DNA from: a virus
IMG/VR virus record: IMGVR_UViG_3300042516_004943
Span: 9,822-73,821 of that record
DNA length: 64,000 nucleotides
Reading direction: 5' to 3' (one strand)
Shown here piece after piece: positions 25,916-37,312 of the stretch. Numbering within the stretch: position 1 is the first letter of the stretch; every line of letters begins with the position of its first letter. The notes under the pieces are model-generated. The model did not search any database. It was not told the DNA's origin and saw only the letters and a program-made list of their open reading frames with translations. The position numbers and the translations under genes were made by a program.

Positions 25916-27811
25916 ATGATATCGAAAAAGGGCACAAGGTCTAAAAAAGTTAAAAAGGAAATTTCGGAGCCATTAACCGCAAGCTTGGATGATTATGATA
26001 AGCTTATAGGCTCTTGCGATACAACCCCAGAGCGCGGATCAAGATCCAATTCTGCAGGAAGTATTACTAGAGTCCAAAGGTTTGCAAATCTTGAGGCGGG
26101 TGTTGCTCCGTTTTTATATGAGAAAAATGGCAGTAGGTATGCTACTAATATTTCTTTACAGGATACAATTCTTTTATGTCAAAAGGCTTATTGGAACGTG
26201 CCTATTTTTAGAAACACAATTGATTTGATGACTGAATTTGCTATTTCTGATATTGTTTTTTCTGGAGGAAATAAAGAGTCAAGAAACTTTTTTAATGCAT
26301 GGGCTGAAAAAATAAATCTATGGCAATTATCAGATATGTTTTTTCGTGAATATTTTAGGAGTGGAAATGTTTTTATTTATAAATTATTCGGAGAATTTCC
26401 AAGAGAAAGCTTAAGAAAGCTTCAGCAAATGAATATAGCCGAAGCGGCTTTAAAAGTTCCTTTGAAATATATTATATTAAATCCTTATGATATACAAGTT
26501 TTGGCATCATCTAGTTTCACTGCCCCCATATATAAAAAACGACTTAACTCGTTTGAGATTGGCGCCTTGATTAGGCCAACAAATGAAGAAGATAAAAAAA
26601 TAGCGTCTACAATACCTGAGCTTAAAAATATTAAAAATGGCAACCAATCTTTAGAAATTTCTTTAGATTCTGATAGGCTTGTTAGTATTTTTTATAAAAA
26701 ACAAGATTACGAACCATTAGCGGTACCAATGGGCTTTCCAGTTTTAGAAGATATAAATTGGAAATTAGAACTTAAAAAAGTTGATATGGCGATTTCAAGA
26801 ACGATACAACAGGCTGTATTGCTTATCACTCAAGGCGATGAAGAATTGGGGCCACCAAGTCAAAAAAGCCAAGAGGTGCTTCGTAAAATTTTTGAAAATG
26901 GCAGCGTTGGGCGAGTTCTTATAGCTGATTATACGACAAAAGCGCAGTTTGTGATTCCTCAAATTGGAGATATTTTAGATCCTAAAAAGTATGAAATCGT
27001 TGATAAAGATATAAGATTAGGTTTAAATAATATTATTTTTGGAGATGATAAGTACGCTAACGCAAGCGCAAAAATGGATGCATTTTTTAAACGATTAGAA
27101 TTTGCACGACAAGAATTTTTGACAAAATTTTTAGAACCTCAAGTTCGTGATATTGCAAAAACAATGAACTTCAAGTCGGTTCCGCTACCAAAATGGAAAA
27201 CGCATAATTTTAGAAATGATTCTGCAGTGCTGTCTCGCGTTTATACTAGGCTGCTTGAGCTTGGCGCTATATCGCCAAAAGATGCTATATCGGCTATAAA
27301 TACAAATGTATTGCCGGAGCCATATGAATTAGTTGAATCACAAAAAGAAATGATTTCGGAAAAAGAACAAGGATTCTATGAGCCATTACTAAATCCAAAA
27401 CAGCCTACTGGGCAAGCCGGTAGACCAGCAGCTACGCCAGCAAAGCAAACAACACAAAAAATAACGCCTGTTGGGCAAAAATCTGTAGCTACATATAAAT
27501 TTAGCTCAAAATTAGTTGCTCAAACACTTAAAGACAAAGATATATTAGAAGACAATGTTTGTGATGCTTTAAAGAAAAAATATAAAATAAAAAGACTAAA
27601 TCAAGCCCAAAAAAATATAGCGGCAGATATAACTAATATTATTATTTCTTCTGAAAATAAAGAAGATTGGAAAAATAAAATCAACACTTATATTGACAAT
27701 CCGATTACTGATGTTACAGCAAATAATATAACAAAAGAAATTTTTGATATAGCAGCATATCATGAGGTTGGGCAAGATGAAGCTGCAATACTTTACCATT
27801 CTAAAAAATGA
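25916..27811 (+). CDS. portal protein
   Basis: Directly after terL; [18 protein letters not shown]...[12 protein letters not shown] pattern; 631 aa. Confidence 0.8.
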   Translation: MISKKGTRSKKVKKEISEPLTASLDDYDKLIGSCDTTPERGSRSNSAGSITRVQRFANLEAGVAPFLYEKNGSRYATNISLQDTILLCQKAYWNVPIFRNTIDLMTEFAISDIVFSGGNKESRNFFNAWAEKINLWQLSDMFFREYFRSGNVFIYKLFGEFPRESLRKLQQMNIAEAALKVPLKYIILNPYDIQVLASSSFTAPIYKKRLNSFEIGALIRPTNEEDKKIASTIPELKNIKNGNQSLEISLDSDRLVSIFYKKQDYEPLAVPMGFPVLEDINWKLELKKVDMAISRTIQQAVLLITQGDEELGPPSQKSQEVLRKIFENGSVGRVLIADYTTKAQFVIPQIGDILDPKKYEIVDKDIRLGLNNIIFGDDKYANASAKMDAFFKRLEFARQEFLTKFLEPQVRDIAKTMNFKSVPLPKWKTHNFRNDSAVLSRVYTRLLELGAISPKDAISAINTNVLPEPYELVESQKEMISEKEQGFYEPLLNPKQPTGQAGRPAATPAKQTTQKITPVGQKSVATYKFSSKLVAQTLKDKDILEDNVCDALKKKYKIKRLNQAQKNIAADITNIIISSENKEDWKNKINTYIDNPITDVTANNITKEIFDIAAYHEVGQDEAAILYHSKK

Positions 27812-29232
27812 GAACTTTAATCAGATCATCACAGCTTCATCCAGAAATTTCAGGATTAATAAAAAATTATAGCGATCCTAATTATCCAAATTATGCAGAT
27901 ATATTCGGAATATCTGGAGTTAATACTTTTAGAAGTGGCAATTATTTGCTAGTTACTGCAAATCAGGGGGTTAGATCAGTTAATAATTTGACTGGCTCAA
28001 TAACAGTTACTGGAACCAGCGGTGTTCGCGCAACTGTACAAAATAATAATATTACAATATCATTAACTGGGGCAAGCTCTGTTACAACTCTAAATACATT
28101 AAACGGAAATATAAATTTAGTTCCAAGAGGCCTTATTGATGTTTGGCCCTTAAATTCCACACAAATAGCTATTAGCGGTGTTCAAATTACAGGTGAGGGT
28201 ACTGTGTTTAGTTATTACTCTGGTGGAACAGTTTATTTGAGAGGCACTTCGATAGGAAGTTTAAATAATAAATCTGGAGCTTTAAACATTTTGGGCATTG
28301 GCGGCGTAAATGTTATCAATACGGGTCAAAATATTTTTATTGATGCATCTTTTGCCGCGCTATCAGGAGTTCAAAGAATTAATGGAATCGGCGGCGTTCC
28401 AATCACTTTAAGCGAAGGGTCAGATATTGATATAAATACAGTAGGGTCTGATATATCAATAAATTATATAGGAAAAGGATGGGGGCTTGGCAATTATTAC
28501 TATGCAACCGGTGTTGGCGAAAATTATGTTGGCAATTACAATCTTTTTGAAAATAATACTGGCGTTTTGATTAATGGCAATGCAAATGTAATAGAAAAAA
28601 ATAATAATGTCACAGCTATAAATTCTCATAATACTAGAATTAAGGATTCGACAAAATCCACTTTTATTAATACCAATGGTGGTACACATTTTAATTTGAC
28701 AGGATCTACTTTTGTTAATGGCGCCGTTGGTAGTGGTATATTTAGGCACCCATATGCTTTTGGTATAGGAATGGCAGCAACAAATACATACGCAACAACA
28801 ATGCAAATGAGTTGTAAGCTTCAAGGCATTGAAATGCTAAAAGCTCTTTATGTTCCTGGCACTAAATATTCTGGTATTTTTATTCCAACAGGAAGTGTTA
28901 TTGTTGGTCACATAGATTATATTGGTACCAGATATGATATCACCGATTTTAACGCAAGTTTTAATTTGGTTAACGAAGGAATATACGGAAGAAAAGACTT
29001 TATTGTACAAAGAGGGTCCGAGCCGCAAGTGTATGTTCGTGATCAGTCAGATTTATTCGGTGGAAATAATAAATATTCTTTAATATTAAGTGGTAGCGAA
29101 GATCAAGTGTTTTATTTACTTGGAAGCGGCTATTCTGGTCAATTAGCAGAGGATAGCGTTGATAAGGTTCATGACGTATTGTTCATGGCAAATGTAAGCT
29201 TTACAAATTTCAATTTACATACCAATGTATAA
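27808..29232 (+). CDS. fibre protein with V-x-S-x-N-x-x-x-G-x-I repeats (candidate head fibre)
   Basis: [52 protein letters not shown] repeats; lies between portal and protease. Confidence 0.6.
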   Translation: MRTLIRSSQLHPEISGLIKNYSDPNYPNYADIFGISGVNTFRSGNYLLVTANQGVRSVNNLTGSITVTGTSGVRATVQNNNITISLTGASSVTTLNTLNGNINLVPRGLIDVWPLNSTQIAISGVQITGEGTVFSYYSGGTVYLRGTSIGSLNNKSGALNILGIGGVNVINTGQNIFIDASFAALSGVQRINGIGGVPITLSEGSDIDINTVGSDISINYIGKGWGLGNYYYATGVGENYVGNYNLFENNTGVLINGNANVIEKNNNVTAINSHNTRIKDSTKSTFINTNGGTHFNLTGSTFVNGAVGSGIFRHPYAFGIGMAATNTYATTMQMSCKLQGIEMLKALYVPGTKYSGIFIPTGSVIVGHIDYIGTRYDITDFNASFNLVNEGIYGRKDFIVQRGSEPQVYVRDQSDLFGGNNKYSLILSGSEDQVFYLLGSGYSGQLAEDSVDKVHDVLFMANVSFTNFNLHTNV

Positions 29233-31123
29233 CAATAAAAAGCTCAGGTTTGTTCCATCTGATTCTTCTTTTAATATAAAAGAATTATATATGGACGGGT
29301 CGCAAGTTACACTTGACGACTGGAAGCAAACTATATTGATAGATGAAAAGCCTATTAGTATACCTGGCAGCAATGCGTACGTAATGTTGCCTTCTGAAAT
29401 TGGTCTTCCTTCGCCAAGCTATTTTGTTTCATACCCATATACTGGAGAATCTTTGTTTGAAGAATATCAAGCATCTTATTATTTAGCTACCGGATGGTCG
29501 GTTTCATTAGGCAAGCCTGGAATATCTCCAGCACATTTAAATTCTACTGGCGGATTGATAATTGCGCCATTAAGCGGAAGATTGTATGGAAGGCCACTAA
29601 ACAGTCCAATTAAAACTACAATAACTACTTTTTATATAGATTCAGGCGCTAATAGTTATTTTAATTTTGGCCAAATTCCAGAAACAGCTATTTCTGGAAA
29701 TCAAATTATAGGATGGGATTTATTTTATTCTCTTTCAGGAGCAGAAGATCTTTCTGTCACTCTTCACGGAAGATATAATGATATATATCAAGAAAATATA
29801 AGCGATGGCGTTATAATGACCAGCGGTGATGCTGCCGTATCATTCTTTTTAGAATATGGAGCATTAACTGGGGATGGAGTATTGGAGTATTATACAGCAA
29901 ATGAATTTATAGCAACGCGATGGGGAATATATGCTGGTACGCCAGGAACAAGCACTCTTTCTTTAAATCCTCTTGCTACTCAATATCCTTTAAGTGGAAG
30001 ATTTTATTACAGAGATCCTAAAGATAATGTCAAAACAACAATATCACATTTTAGCTTAAGCACTGGAAGCATTGCTAATTGGCAAAATATTGTTCCTGAT
30101 TTTTACGTTCCGTTTAGAAAAATTATTGGACTTGATATTTATTATGGCCTGAATGATTTAAAAAATTTACATATAATATTGGGTGGTCAGGGAATAGCTT
30201 CAGCAAACTATTTTAAAAGCGTCGTAACTAAGCAAATTTTTGATATATTTTCTGGAGATATTGAAACAAGATTTGGCCAATTCTCTACCGGAACTGTTGG
30301 CGATTTTGGCGCATTTACTGGACTTGTTACAGCATCTGTAAATAATTTATCAGGATTTGTCACTGGATTTTCTGGGCAGTCTGTAGAAAATTTTAATAAT
30401 CTTTCTGGCTATCTAACTGGCCTAATTCAGGCAAGTAGTGCTGGCGTAACAAGCTTGAATGGCTCTTATGGAGCAATTAGTTTAAATGGGATAAGCGGTA
30501 TACAAATAAGTAGTCAGGGCTATCCATCACAAAATGTAACGGTAGAATATACAAGCGGTAATTTTAATAGTATTGATTTCTCTCCAAATATTGATGCAAA
30601 TATTCCATATAAGGAAGGCAGGTTATATTATAGCGCAGATACAAAAACATTTAATGCATATTTAGACAAGCCAGATGTTACTTTAAATATCGGTCAAGAA
30701 GAATATGTGAGGGCAGTCAATAGAACAAATTCAACTTTAATTAACGGATCAGTTGTATATATTTCTGGGGCGCACGGCAATAGGCCTCAAGTTTGGCCAG
30801 CAATTGCTACAAACGATTATCATACATCGCACATCCTTGGAATTACAACGCATCAGGCATTAAATAATGATGAGGTGTTGGTAACCACATTTGGATCTGT
30901 TGGTGGATTAAATACATCTAGTTTTACTGCAGGAAGTATATTGTATTTGTCTAGCACTGTGCCTGGAGCCATAACAAATATTCCGCCAATAAATGGTAAA
31001 AGAATAAAAATTGGATATGTTTTAAGTTCAACCAATAATGGTAGAATACTTGTAATAAAGCCAGAAGAAGACATTGATAATTATACTACAATAAGAAATT
31101 TAACTATATTAAGATATATTTAA
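29225..31123 (+). CDS. fibre/decoration protein, paralog family 2
   Basis: Two repeats paralogous to 11513..13306, a GVTSLNG repeat, and a C-terminal IGQE..N..G.VVYISG..LYLS..PG domain typical of phage structural proteins. Confidence 0.6.
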   Translation: MYNNKKLRFVPSDSSFNIKELYMDGSQVTLDDWKQTILIDEKPISIPGSNAYVMLPSEIGLPSPSYFVSYPYTGESLFEEYQASYYLATGWSVSLGKPGISPAHLNSTGGLIIAPLSGRLYGRPLNSPIKTTITTFYIDSGANSYFNFGQIPETAISGNQIIGWDLFYSLSGAEDLSVTLHGRYNDIYQENISDGVIMTSGDAAVSFFLEYGALTGDGVLEYYTANEFIATRWGIYAGTPGTSTLSLNPLATQYPLSGRFYYRDPKDNVKTTISHFSLSTGSIANWQNIVPDFYVPFRKIIGLDIYYGLNDLKNLHIILGGQGIASANYFKSVVTKQIFDIFSGDIETRFGQFSTGTVGDFGAFTGLVTASVNNLSGFVTGFSGQSVENFNNLSGYLTGLIQASSAGVTSLNGSYGAISLNGISGIQISSQGYPSQNVTVEYTSGNFNSIDFSPNIDANIPYKEGRLYYSADTKTFNAYLDKPDVTLNIGQEEYVRAVNRTNSTLINGSVVYISGAHGNRPQVWPAIATNDYHTSHILGITTHQALNNDEVLVTTFGSVGGLNTSSFTAGSILYLSSTVPGAITNIPPINGKRIKIGYVLSSTNNGRILVIKPEEDIDNYTTIRNLTILRYI

Positions 31124-31138
31124 TGTAAAGGATACTAT

Positions 31139-31615
31139 ATGCCAAAACAAACATCATTATTTTTAACAAAAGAAATTATAACAACTGGACAGTCATTCAT
31201 GTTTGGAGAAACTGGGGTATTGAAACCAGTAGCAATTGCTGGAAATGATGATAGCATTGTCAAATCAATACATTTAATGAATACTACCATTACTGGTAAT
31301 TTTCTTGCACTTTATGTTACTGTACCTACTGGAAATGGGCTAACAGCAAATTATCCATTTGTAAATATTCAAGTTCCGCCAAATGCTGGGTCTGGAATCG
31401 CGCCAGCCATAGATGTTTTTGCTACAAGTGGCATTCCATCACTTCCAATAGATAATGCTGGCAAAAGATATTTTCCTCTTGGTTCTGGATGCCAAATCAG
31501 GGCACAAGTGATGCATCAAGTTAGCCCATTTAATTCAAATAATGCATCGTATTTTCAGGGAACTTTTCCTCCAAGCGGAATGATTTCTATAACTTCTATT
31601 ATAGAAAACTATTAA
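31139..31615 (+). CDS. putative small virion protein
   Basis: 158-aa beta-rich ORF in the structural cluster. Confidence 0.55.
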   Translation: MPKQTSLFLTKEIITTGQSFMFGETGVLKPVAIAGNDDSIVKSIHLMNTTITGNFLALYVTVPTGNGLTANYPFVNIQVPPNAGSGIAPAIDVFATSGIPSLPIDNAGKRYFPLGSGCQIRAQVMHQVSPFNSNNASYFQGTFPPSGMISITSIIENY

Positions 31616-31621
31616 TAAATT

Positions 31622-32425
31622 ATGGATGGGGATACTCGTAGCTCCTCATTAGGCGCGCCATTAGATAATGGATTGTGGAATGGTCCTCTTGGTGCCGCAA
31701 TGAGGCCAATATCCTTTTTAAGAACACGTTCTATAATTACAAATGGCTTGACGCTATATTTAGATGCGTTTGATTCGCGCTCATATTCTGGAGGATCTAC
31801 ATGGTTTGATTTGAGCGGCAATAATTTCCATTTTACAATAAACCCACTTGCATTTAGCAGGGCTGGCGATATACCGCATATGAATTTTAATGGATCTGCT
31901 GGTGCGGCAAAAAGAGTTGTTGGTGGAGCGAATGTTGATGTTCCAAATGCAATTAATGGAACTATAATGGTTTTTACTTCAATTTTAAATAGCACTGCTG
32001 ATTGGAGAACTCTCACCAGAGGCGTATCGGGCGATCACCAAGGTATGATACAGCAAGGGTCTAACGTATTGGGCATGTATGATAATAATAGTAATCAATT
32101 TGTAAGCGCTGGATTTGATATAACTTCTTTACCTAATCCATATACTCAATTTAATTGTTTAACTATTAGATTATCTCAAAATTCTCCATTTTATCAATTT
32201 CAATATAATAATGATCAAAGAATTTTTTCAATTACGAATGCTAACGCAACATTCAATAATGGATTTGGAATGATAGGCGCCGGGCCAAGTGGTAATAATG
32301 CTGATCCAAATAGCACTGTACAATTCTGGGGTAGAATTTCTGTTTTTATTTATTATCAAAGACATTTATTGCAAGAAGAAATAGCGCAAAATTTTAATGC
32401 ACTTAGATCTAGATATGGAATTTGA
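31622..32425 (+). CDS. LamG/ConA-like virion protein
   Basis: IITNGLTLYLDA..SYSGGSTWFDLSGNN...G.I....Y.R.L..EI.QNFNALRSRYGI signature. Confidence 0.8.
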   Translation: MDGDTRSSSLGAPLDNGLWNGPLGAAMRPISFLRTRSIITNGLTLYLDAFDSRSYSGGSTWFDLSGNNFHFTINPLAFSRAGDIPHMNFNGSAGAAKRVVGGANVDVPNAINGTIMVFTSILNSTADWRTLTRGVSGDHQGMIQQGSNVLGMYDNNSNQFVSAGFDITSLPNPYTQFNCLTIRLSQNSPFYQFQYNNDQRIFSITNANATFNNGFGMIGAGPSGNNADPNSTVQFWGRISVFIYYQRHLLQEEIAQNFNALRSRYGI

Positions 32426-32454
32426 TATCTAAAAGTGTAATAAATATATAATTC

Positions 32455-34038
32455 ATGAAAAAGAAAAGCCTTTTACAAGATTATCCATTTCATGTACGAT
32501 TTGATGGTATTGAAATCAAAGCCGTATCAATGGATAAAGAAGATCTGCAATACATTGCAAAAGCAAGCGCAGATAAATTAAAAAATTTATTGCCAAAAGA
32601 TTTTGATTTTGAATCAAGCTATGATATTCTTGGCGTTGCCTTTAATGCTTATACCCCAAATCTTGGCAATAAAAATGGGCATATGATTTCTGGCGAAAAA
32701 GGTATTGCTATCGCTAAAAGTTTTAAAGGCAAATATATCAATATTGAGCATGAAAGGCAAAATGTAGTTGGCTGCATTACTGATTATGCTTTTTCTTCTT
32801 TTCCTGATGATCAGCCAATAGCTGAAGCAACTGCTCGTGAGCTTGCATCTGAAGGAAAAGTATTCAATGTGGTTCTTTCTGGTATTATTTGGAGAGCAGT
32901 TAATCCTGATTTTGCCGATGCTGTTTCTGAGGCTGGGGATGCATCTTCTGACAAATTTGGATCAATATCTGCATCATGGGAGGTTGCATTTAAAGAATTT
33001 AATATTGCTAAAGGATCTAAATATCTTAAAGAGTGCGAAATAGTTGATGGCGAGGCTGTCAATGAATTAAAGGGTCGCCTTAAAACATTTGGGGGTAACG
33101 GAGCTGATGAAAGCGGAGAGCCTGTTTATTTAAATCTTACCGGAGAAACAATTTTAAGTCTGGGAATTGGCTTAACTGAAACTCCAGCAGCAGAAGTTAA
33201 AGGGATTATTACTACAGATAATACTAGCGAAGATCAGGTAGATCTCAAGCTAGTGAAGGTTGGAACAGAAGAAGATGAAAAAAAATGTGATAAAATTCAA
33301 TCTGAAAATGTAATAGTAGAAGAAGCATCAATTAATTTAATTATGAAAATAACAGACATTAAAGACATCAATGAAAATTCCATGAAAGAACTTTCAGCTT
33401 CAGCAGTAACAGATTTTATTGCTGAAAAAATTGCCGAAAACTCAGAGGTATGGAAAAAACAAGTCGATGAAAAAGAATCGCTTGCAACAAATCTTAATGA
33501 GCAAATCGCTCAATTGCAAGCCCAATTAGACGAACTTAAAAAGTCTAAAGACGACTCAGAAGTAGCTCTTAATGAGCTCAAAAATCAAATTGCCGCCAAA
33601 GAAGCTGAAGAAGTATTTCAAGCACGTATGGCATCCATTGATTCAGAATACGATCTATCAGATGAAGATCGTGAAATTATCGCTGAAGATCTAAAAGCTG
33701 TTGCAAGCGAAGAAGATTTTCAAAAATGGTTCAAGAAATTTTCAACATTGGCATCTGCCAAAAACAAAGCTGCTAAAAAAGCTATGGCTGAAAAAATGAA
33801 AGAAGAAGAAAAAATGAAAGAAGCCAAAGCTAGCGAAGAAAACGTAGCAGAAGAAACAGTCGTTGTAACCGAAGAAGTAAAAGAAGAAGTTAAAGCAGAA
33901 GAAGTTGCTGCCGAAGCTGTTTCTGAAGCTTCTGTAAAAAATGATGTTGCCAATGCTGCGGGTGCAGTAGAATCATTAAAAGATCGTATGGCTTCTGCAT
34001 TTGGCGGAGACAACATCAAAATTAAATTAAATCGATAA
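32455..34038 (+). CDS. prohead protease fused to coiled-coil scaffold
   Basis: N..N.NG, INIEH (His), SASWEV (Ser), G.GLT..PA motifs; acidic coiled-coil C-terminal half. Confidence 0.8.
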   Translation: MKKKSLLQDYPFHVRFDGIEIKAVSMDKEDLQYIAKASADKLKNLLPKDFDFESSYDILGVAFNAYTPNLGNKNGHMISGEKGIAIAKSFKGKYINIEHERQNVVGCITDYAFSSFPDDQPIAEATARELASEGKVFNVVLSGIIWRAVNPDFADAVSEAGDASSDKFGSISASWEVAFKEFNIAKGSKYLKECEIVDGEAVNELKGRLKTFGGNGADESGEPVYLNLTGETILSLGIGLTETPAAEVKGIITTDNTSEDQVDLKLVKVGTEEDEKKCDKIQSENVIVEEASINLIMKITDIKDINENSMKELSASAVTDFIAEKIAENSEVWKKQVDEKESLATNLNEQIAQLQAQLDELKKSKDDSEVALNELKNQIAAKEAEEVFQARMASIDSEYDLSDEDREIIAEDLKAVASEEDFQKWFKKFSTLASAKNKAAKKAMAEKMKEEEKMKEAKASEENVAEETVVVTEEVKEEVKAEEVAAEAVSEASVKNDVANAAGAVESLKDRMASAFGGDNIKIKLNR

Positions 34039-34098
34039 AAATTATTTAGGAAAAAAATAAATTTTAACTGTAATATATACTAAGAAAAAATAAACACT

Positions 34099-34638
34099 AT
34101 GAATATCAAACCTCTACGTGCAGTCAATCAATACGACATTGTTCCGTTCTTCTCATACAACGGAGCAACAGCCAACAAAGGTACATTTGTTACCGCTGTT
34201 GGCCAAGGTCTAAACTTAAAAGACGAGCTAACGCTTGAAAATCTATCATCTGTTGATGGTACGCTTTCAGCAACATTCAATGTTCCTTGGCTCGTAACAG
34301 CAGCCCCATCTGGCGCAGCAAAAGCAAGCGTTCTCGGAATGCTTCTTAAAGATGTTCGCACAGTTGACGAAAATGGCTACCCACTAATTTACGATCCACG
34401 TAAAGCAGCCGAAATGGATGTAACAGTAAGCGGACAAGCCGCTCCAGTTGCAACAAAAGGATTTGTTCTTTACAGTGGAATTGTTGGAACACCAGCATTT
34501 GGTTCTGGTGCAGCAATCGCAGACGCTGGTGACGGCTCTCTCAAAGTTGTAGCCGCAACAGATGCAAAATCAATCGGACGTTTCCTAGGTCCTAAGAATG
34601 ATCAAGGATATGCTCCTTTGGAATTCAATCTTAACTAA
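34099..34638 (+). CDS. capsid decoration/cement protein
   Basis: Between scaffold and MCP; small Ala/Gly-rich beta protein. Confidence 0.6.
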   Translation: MNIKPLRAVNQYDIVPFFSYNGATANKGTFVTAVGQGLNLKDELTLENLSSVDGTLSATFNVPWLVTAAPSGAAKASVLGMLLKDVRTVDENGYPLIYDPRKAAEMDVTVSGQAAPVATKGFVLYSGIVGTPAFGSGAAIADAGDGSLKVVAATDAKSIGRFLGPKNDQGYAPLEFNLN

Positions 34639-34669
34639 TTAATCAAGGAGAATATAAAATAACAAACAT

Positions 34670-35785
34670 ATGAAAATCGAATTCAAAAATACACCAGAGC
34701 AAGTAGCCCTAATCAAGGCCATGGCTTCTAACAATAAAGTCGAAGCCGCTGAAGCTCAAGAAGCATTCGCAGCCTTCTTAAGTCCAGTTGTTCAAGAGGT
34801 TTTGATGCATGCTGGATCAGCTGCTCAAATCTATCGTGATGAAGCATATAACGAAGATGATTCTCCTTCATTCCCAATCGACACACTTTTTGGACAAGGA
34901 TATGGAGACATCTCCATCTGGTCACAAACTGTAGGTGGCGGTCTTCCAACAAACGAAGTTGCTGGAGCAAGCGAAATCAAACTTCGCACATATGACCTCG
35001 ATAGCGCAATCAGCTTCGACAAGCGTTATGCTCGTAGAGCACGCCTAAACGTTGTAGCTCGCTATATCGAGTTCGCAGCTAACCAACTCTTAGTAAAACA
35101 AGAGCGTAATGCATGGGCTGTTATTATGAAGGTACTTGCTGATGCAAGCACGAATGGAAAAAATCACGTTTTCCGCTCTGCAGATGCTGGAGTTTTCGTT
35201 CCAGAAGATCTTAGCTCACTATGGACACTAGTAAGCCGCTTCAATAGCGACTACTTAGGCGGAACATCAACAGCCGCAGCAGCTGGTTTGACAGATCTGT
35301 ACGTAAGCCCAGAAATCAAAGGACAAATTCGTTCTTTCGCTTACAATCCAGTCAACACTCGTAGCGGTGGCGGAACAAATGCTGGTAACGTTGCTCTTCC
35401 TGATGAAGTTCGCAGCCAAATCTATCGCAGCGCTGGTACATCCGAAATTTTCGGAGTAACAATTCATGAATTGCTAGAGCTTGGAGAAGGCAAGAGATAC
35501 AATGAACTCTTTGACTTCTTTGCTGGAGCCAAACAATTCACAGAAGCTGATGGTTCAAACACTGCCGAATTCAATGGCGCATCAAGCGAACTCCTAGTTG
35601 GTTTTGATTTAGCCCGTGGAGCATTCCTACGCCCAGTTGAAACATTCGATGATAATGGTGGACAAGTTCAAACACTAGTAGATGACCAATTCCAAGCTCG
35701 TGCAAACAAGATGGGATGGTACATGAAACTACGCGAAGGCCGTGTATGTCTTGACAGCAAAGCAGTTGTTGGCTTGATTGTCTAA
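34670..35785 (+). CDS. major capsid protein (HK97 fold expected)
   Basis: 371 aa; position in the head module; AAGGAG upstream; biased codon use; DLYVSPE...IFGVTIHEL...REGRVCLDSKAVVG ending; followed by a terminator. Confidence 0.85.
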   Translation: MKIEFKNTPEQVALIKAMASNNKVEAAEAQEAFAAFLSPVVQEVLMHAGSAAQIYRDEAYNEDDSPSFPIDTLFGQGYGDISIWSQTVGGGLPTNEVAGASEIKLRTYDLDSAISFDKRYARRARLNVVARYIEFAANQLLVKQERNAWAVIMKVLADASTNGKNHVFRSADAGVFVPEDLSSLWTLVSRFNSDYLGGTSTAAAAGLTDLYVSPEIKGQIRSFAYNPVNTRSGGGTNAGNVALPDEVRSQIYRSAGTSEIFGVTIHELLELGEGKRYNELFDFFAGAKQFTEADGSNTAEFNGASSELLVGFDLARGAFLRPVETFDDNGGQVQTLVDDQFQARANKMGWYMKLREGRVCLDSKAVVGLIV

Positions 35786-35810
35786 TCAAAATCAAAAACT
35801 AATCAAAGAT

Positions 35811-35842
35811 AAGCCCTGAGAAATCAGGGCTTTTTCTTTTTT
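35811..35842 (+). terminator. rho-independent terminator after MCP
   Basis: AAGCCCTGA-GAAA-TCAGGGCTT followed by a T-run. Confidence 0.9.
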
Positions 35843-35905
35843 ATATTAAATATTAAATTAGAAATGTGGCATTATATATTTATAATAAATTAAATAGATA
35901 ATATT

Positions 35906-36271
35906 ATGCCAAGAAAAAAACGTACATCTAAAGAAGTATTAAACGAAAATACTGAAATTGACGGTAAAATTGCCTCTAATAAGCCAACCGCTCTTGAGCA
36001 GATTTGGGGCTCTGATGGTTTATCAAAATATGGAACTATGGATGTTGATGTTTATACAGCAAAGCTAAACGATATGCTTCCTGTAGATCTTCAAAATCAT
36101 GCCAGAGATGTTGGTTTGCGGCCAGATGCTGAGCCTCATCTTTTAAGAGAAAGATTAGTTAATGAATTTTTAAGACACGTTGCATCATTTAAATCTGGAC
36201 AAGTTAATGTAGCTTCTGTGCCGTCATCTGTTCCGAAAAGTATTCATAAAATACTACGAGAAGGCGCTTAA
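35906..36271 (+). CDS. hypothetical protein (head-completion region)
   Basis: 121-aa ORF, ATG start. Confidence 0.65.
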   Translation: MPRKKRTSKEVLNENTEIDGKIASNKPTALEQIWGSDGLSKYGTMDVDVYTAKLNDMLPVDLQNHARDVGLRPDAEPHLLRERLVNEFLRHVASFKSGQVNVASVPSSVPKSIHKILREGA

Positions 36272-36313
36272 TTTTATAGATTAATTAAGTGGTGATTGCG
36301 TGTAATTAATAGC

Positions 36314-36862
36314 ATGCAATATCCTAAATGGTTAAATGATTTTGTAAAAAATGTAGCTTCTGATCTTGGTGACAGGGATGATTATTCATCAACTTATCTA
36401 GTTGGGTGGTTCTTAGATCCTTCAAATCTTGGCTATCTAAATAATCAAATAGATGGCTGTTTTCAAGTGGTGCCATATTATTCTAATGCTGGTAAGCTTA
36501 CTGGAGTGGGCATAGAGCCTCCTTTAGAAAATCAAGAGCAAGCAATTTACAAAGCAAATTTTGATACGTTTTTTTATAATAGAGAAGCTAAACTAGCCCT
36601 ATCGGGCGCTTATAGTTTAGGCGCATGGACTACTCTTAAAGAGGGCGACTCTACAGTAACAAGAGTTAATAGATCTGAACTTGCAAGAACATATCAAATA
36701 TTTCGTAAAGATGCTCAAGATAATGTTAATAATTTAGTAAAACAATATTTAAAATCTAAATCCAAGCCACAATCAGTTGATGGTACTGATACTACAGATG
36801 GTGGATATTGGGCAGAGGCAAACAGAAGCACTTACTATCCTAGAAGCGAACCCGGTTTATAA
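36314..36862 (+). CDS. putative head-tail adaptor
   Basis: Position; TLKEGDSTVTRVN beta-hairpin motif; start moved to ATG 36314 downstream of TGTAAT. Confidence 0.55.
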   Translation: MQYPKWLNDFVKNVASDLGDRDDYSSTYLVGWFLDPSNLGYLNNQIDGCFQVVPYYSNAGKLTGVGIEPPLENQEQAIYKANFDTFFYNREAKLALSGAYSLGAWTTLKEGDSTVTRVNRSELARTYQIFRKDAQDNVNNLVKQYLKSKSKPQSVDGTDTTDGGYWAEANRSTYYPRSEPGL

Positions 36863-36865
36863 AAT

Positions 36866-37312
36866 ATGCCTTCTTTTTTATCAGCAGAAGAAAAAGCAGA
36901 AATGTCTCAGCAATTTAATAATTTGCATGATACATTTGGCAGAGATGTTATAATTTTTAAGGATCCTGAACGAGTTGATATCATATCTAATGATGATTAT
37001 ATTTCTATTTATAGGGACTATAGGCAGGGTGATAATTTTCAGTTTCAATCTGAACCTGTGTCAGGAGTATTTTCGATGAGAATTAAATGGGAAAAAGCCG
37101 ATAAAGAAGAGAATAAAAATATGCTTGAAACTCCTCTTCCTGGCGAAGTTTGTAGGCTAAAAATGAAAATAGATGCATTCGAATTTTTAAAAGAATGCAA
37201 ATCGTTTTATGTTGATGGCATTTCATGTGAAAAAATAGGATTTGAAAAGCCACATGGCTTATTCAATATAGATTTCTATACAGTATATGCTAAAAGGAGA
37301 GAAATGCAATGA
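36866..37312 (+). CDS. putative head closure/stopper protein
   Basis: Position and size (148 aa). Confidence 0.45.
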   Translation: MPSFLSAEEKAEMSQQFNNLHDTFGRDVIIFKDPERVDIISNDDYISIYRDYRQGDNFQFQSEPVSGVFSMRIKWEKADKEENKNMLETPLPGEVCRLKMKIDAFEFLKECKSFYVDGISCEKIGFEKPHGLFNIDFYTVYAKRREMQ

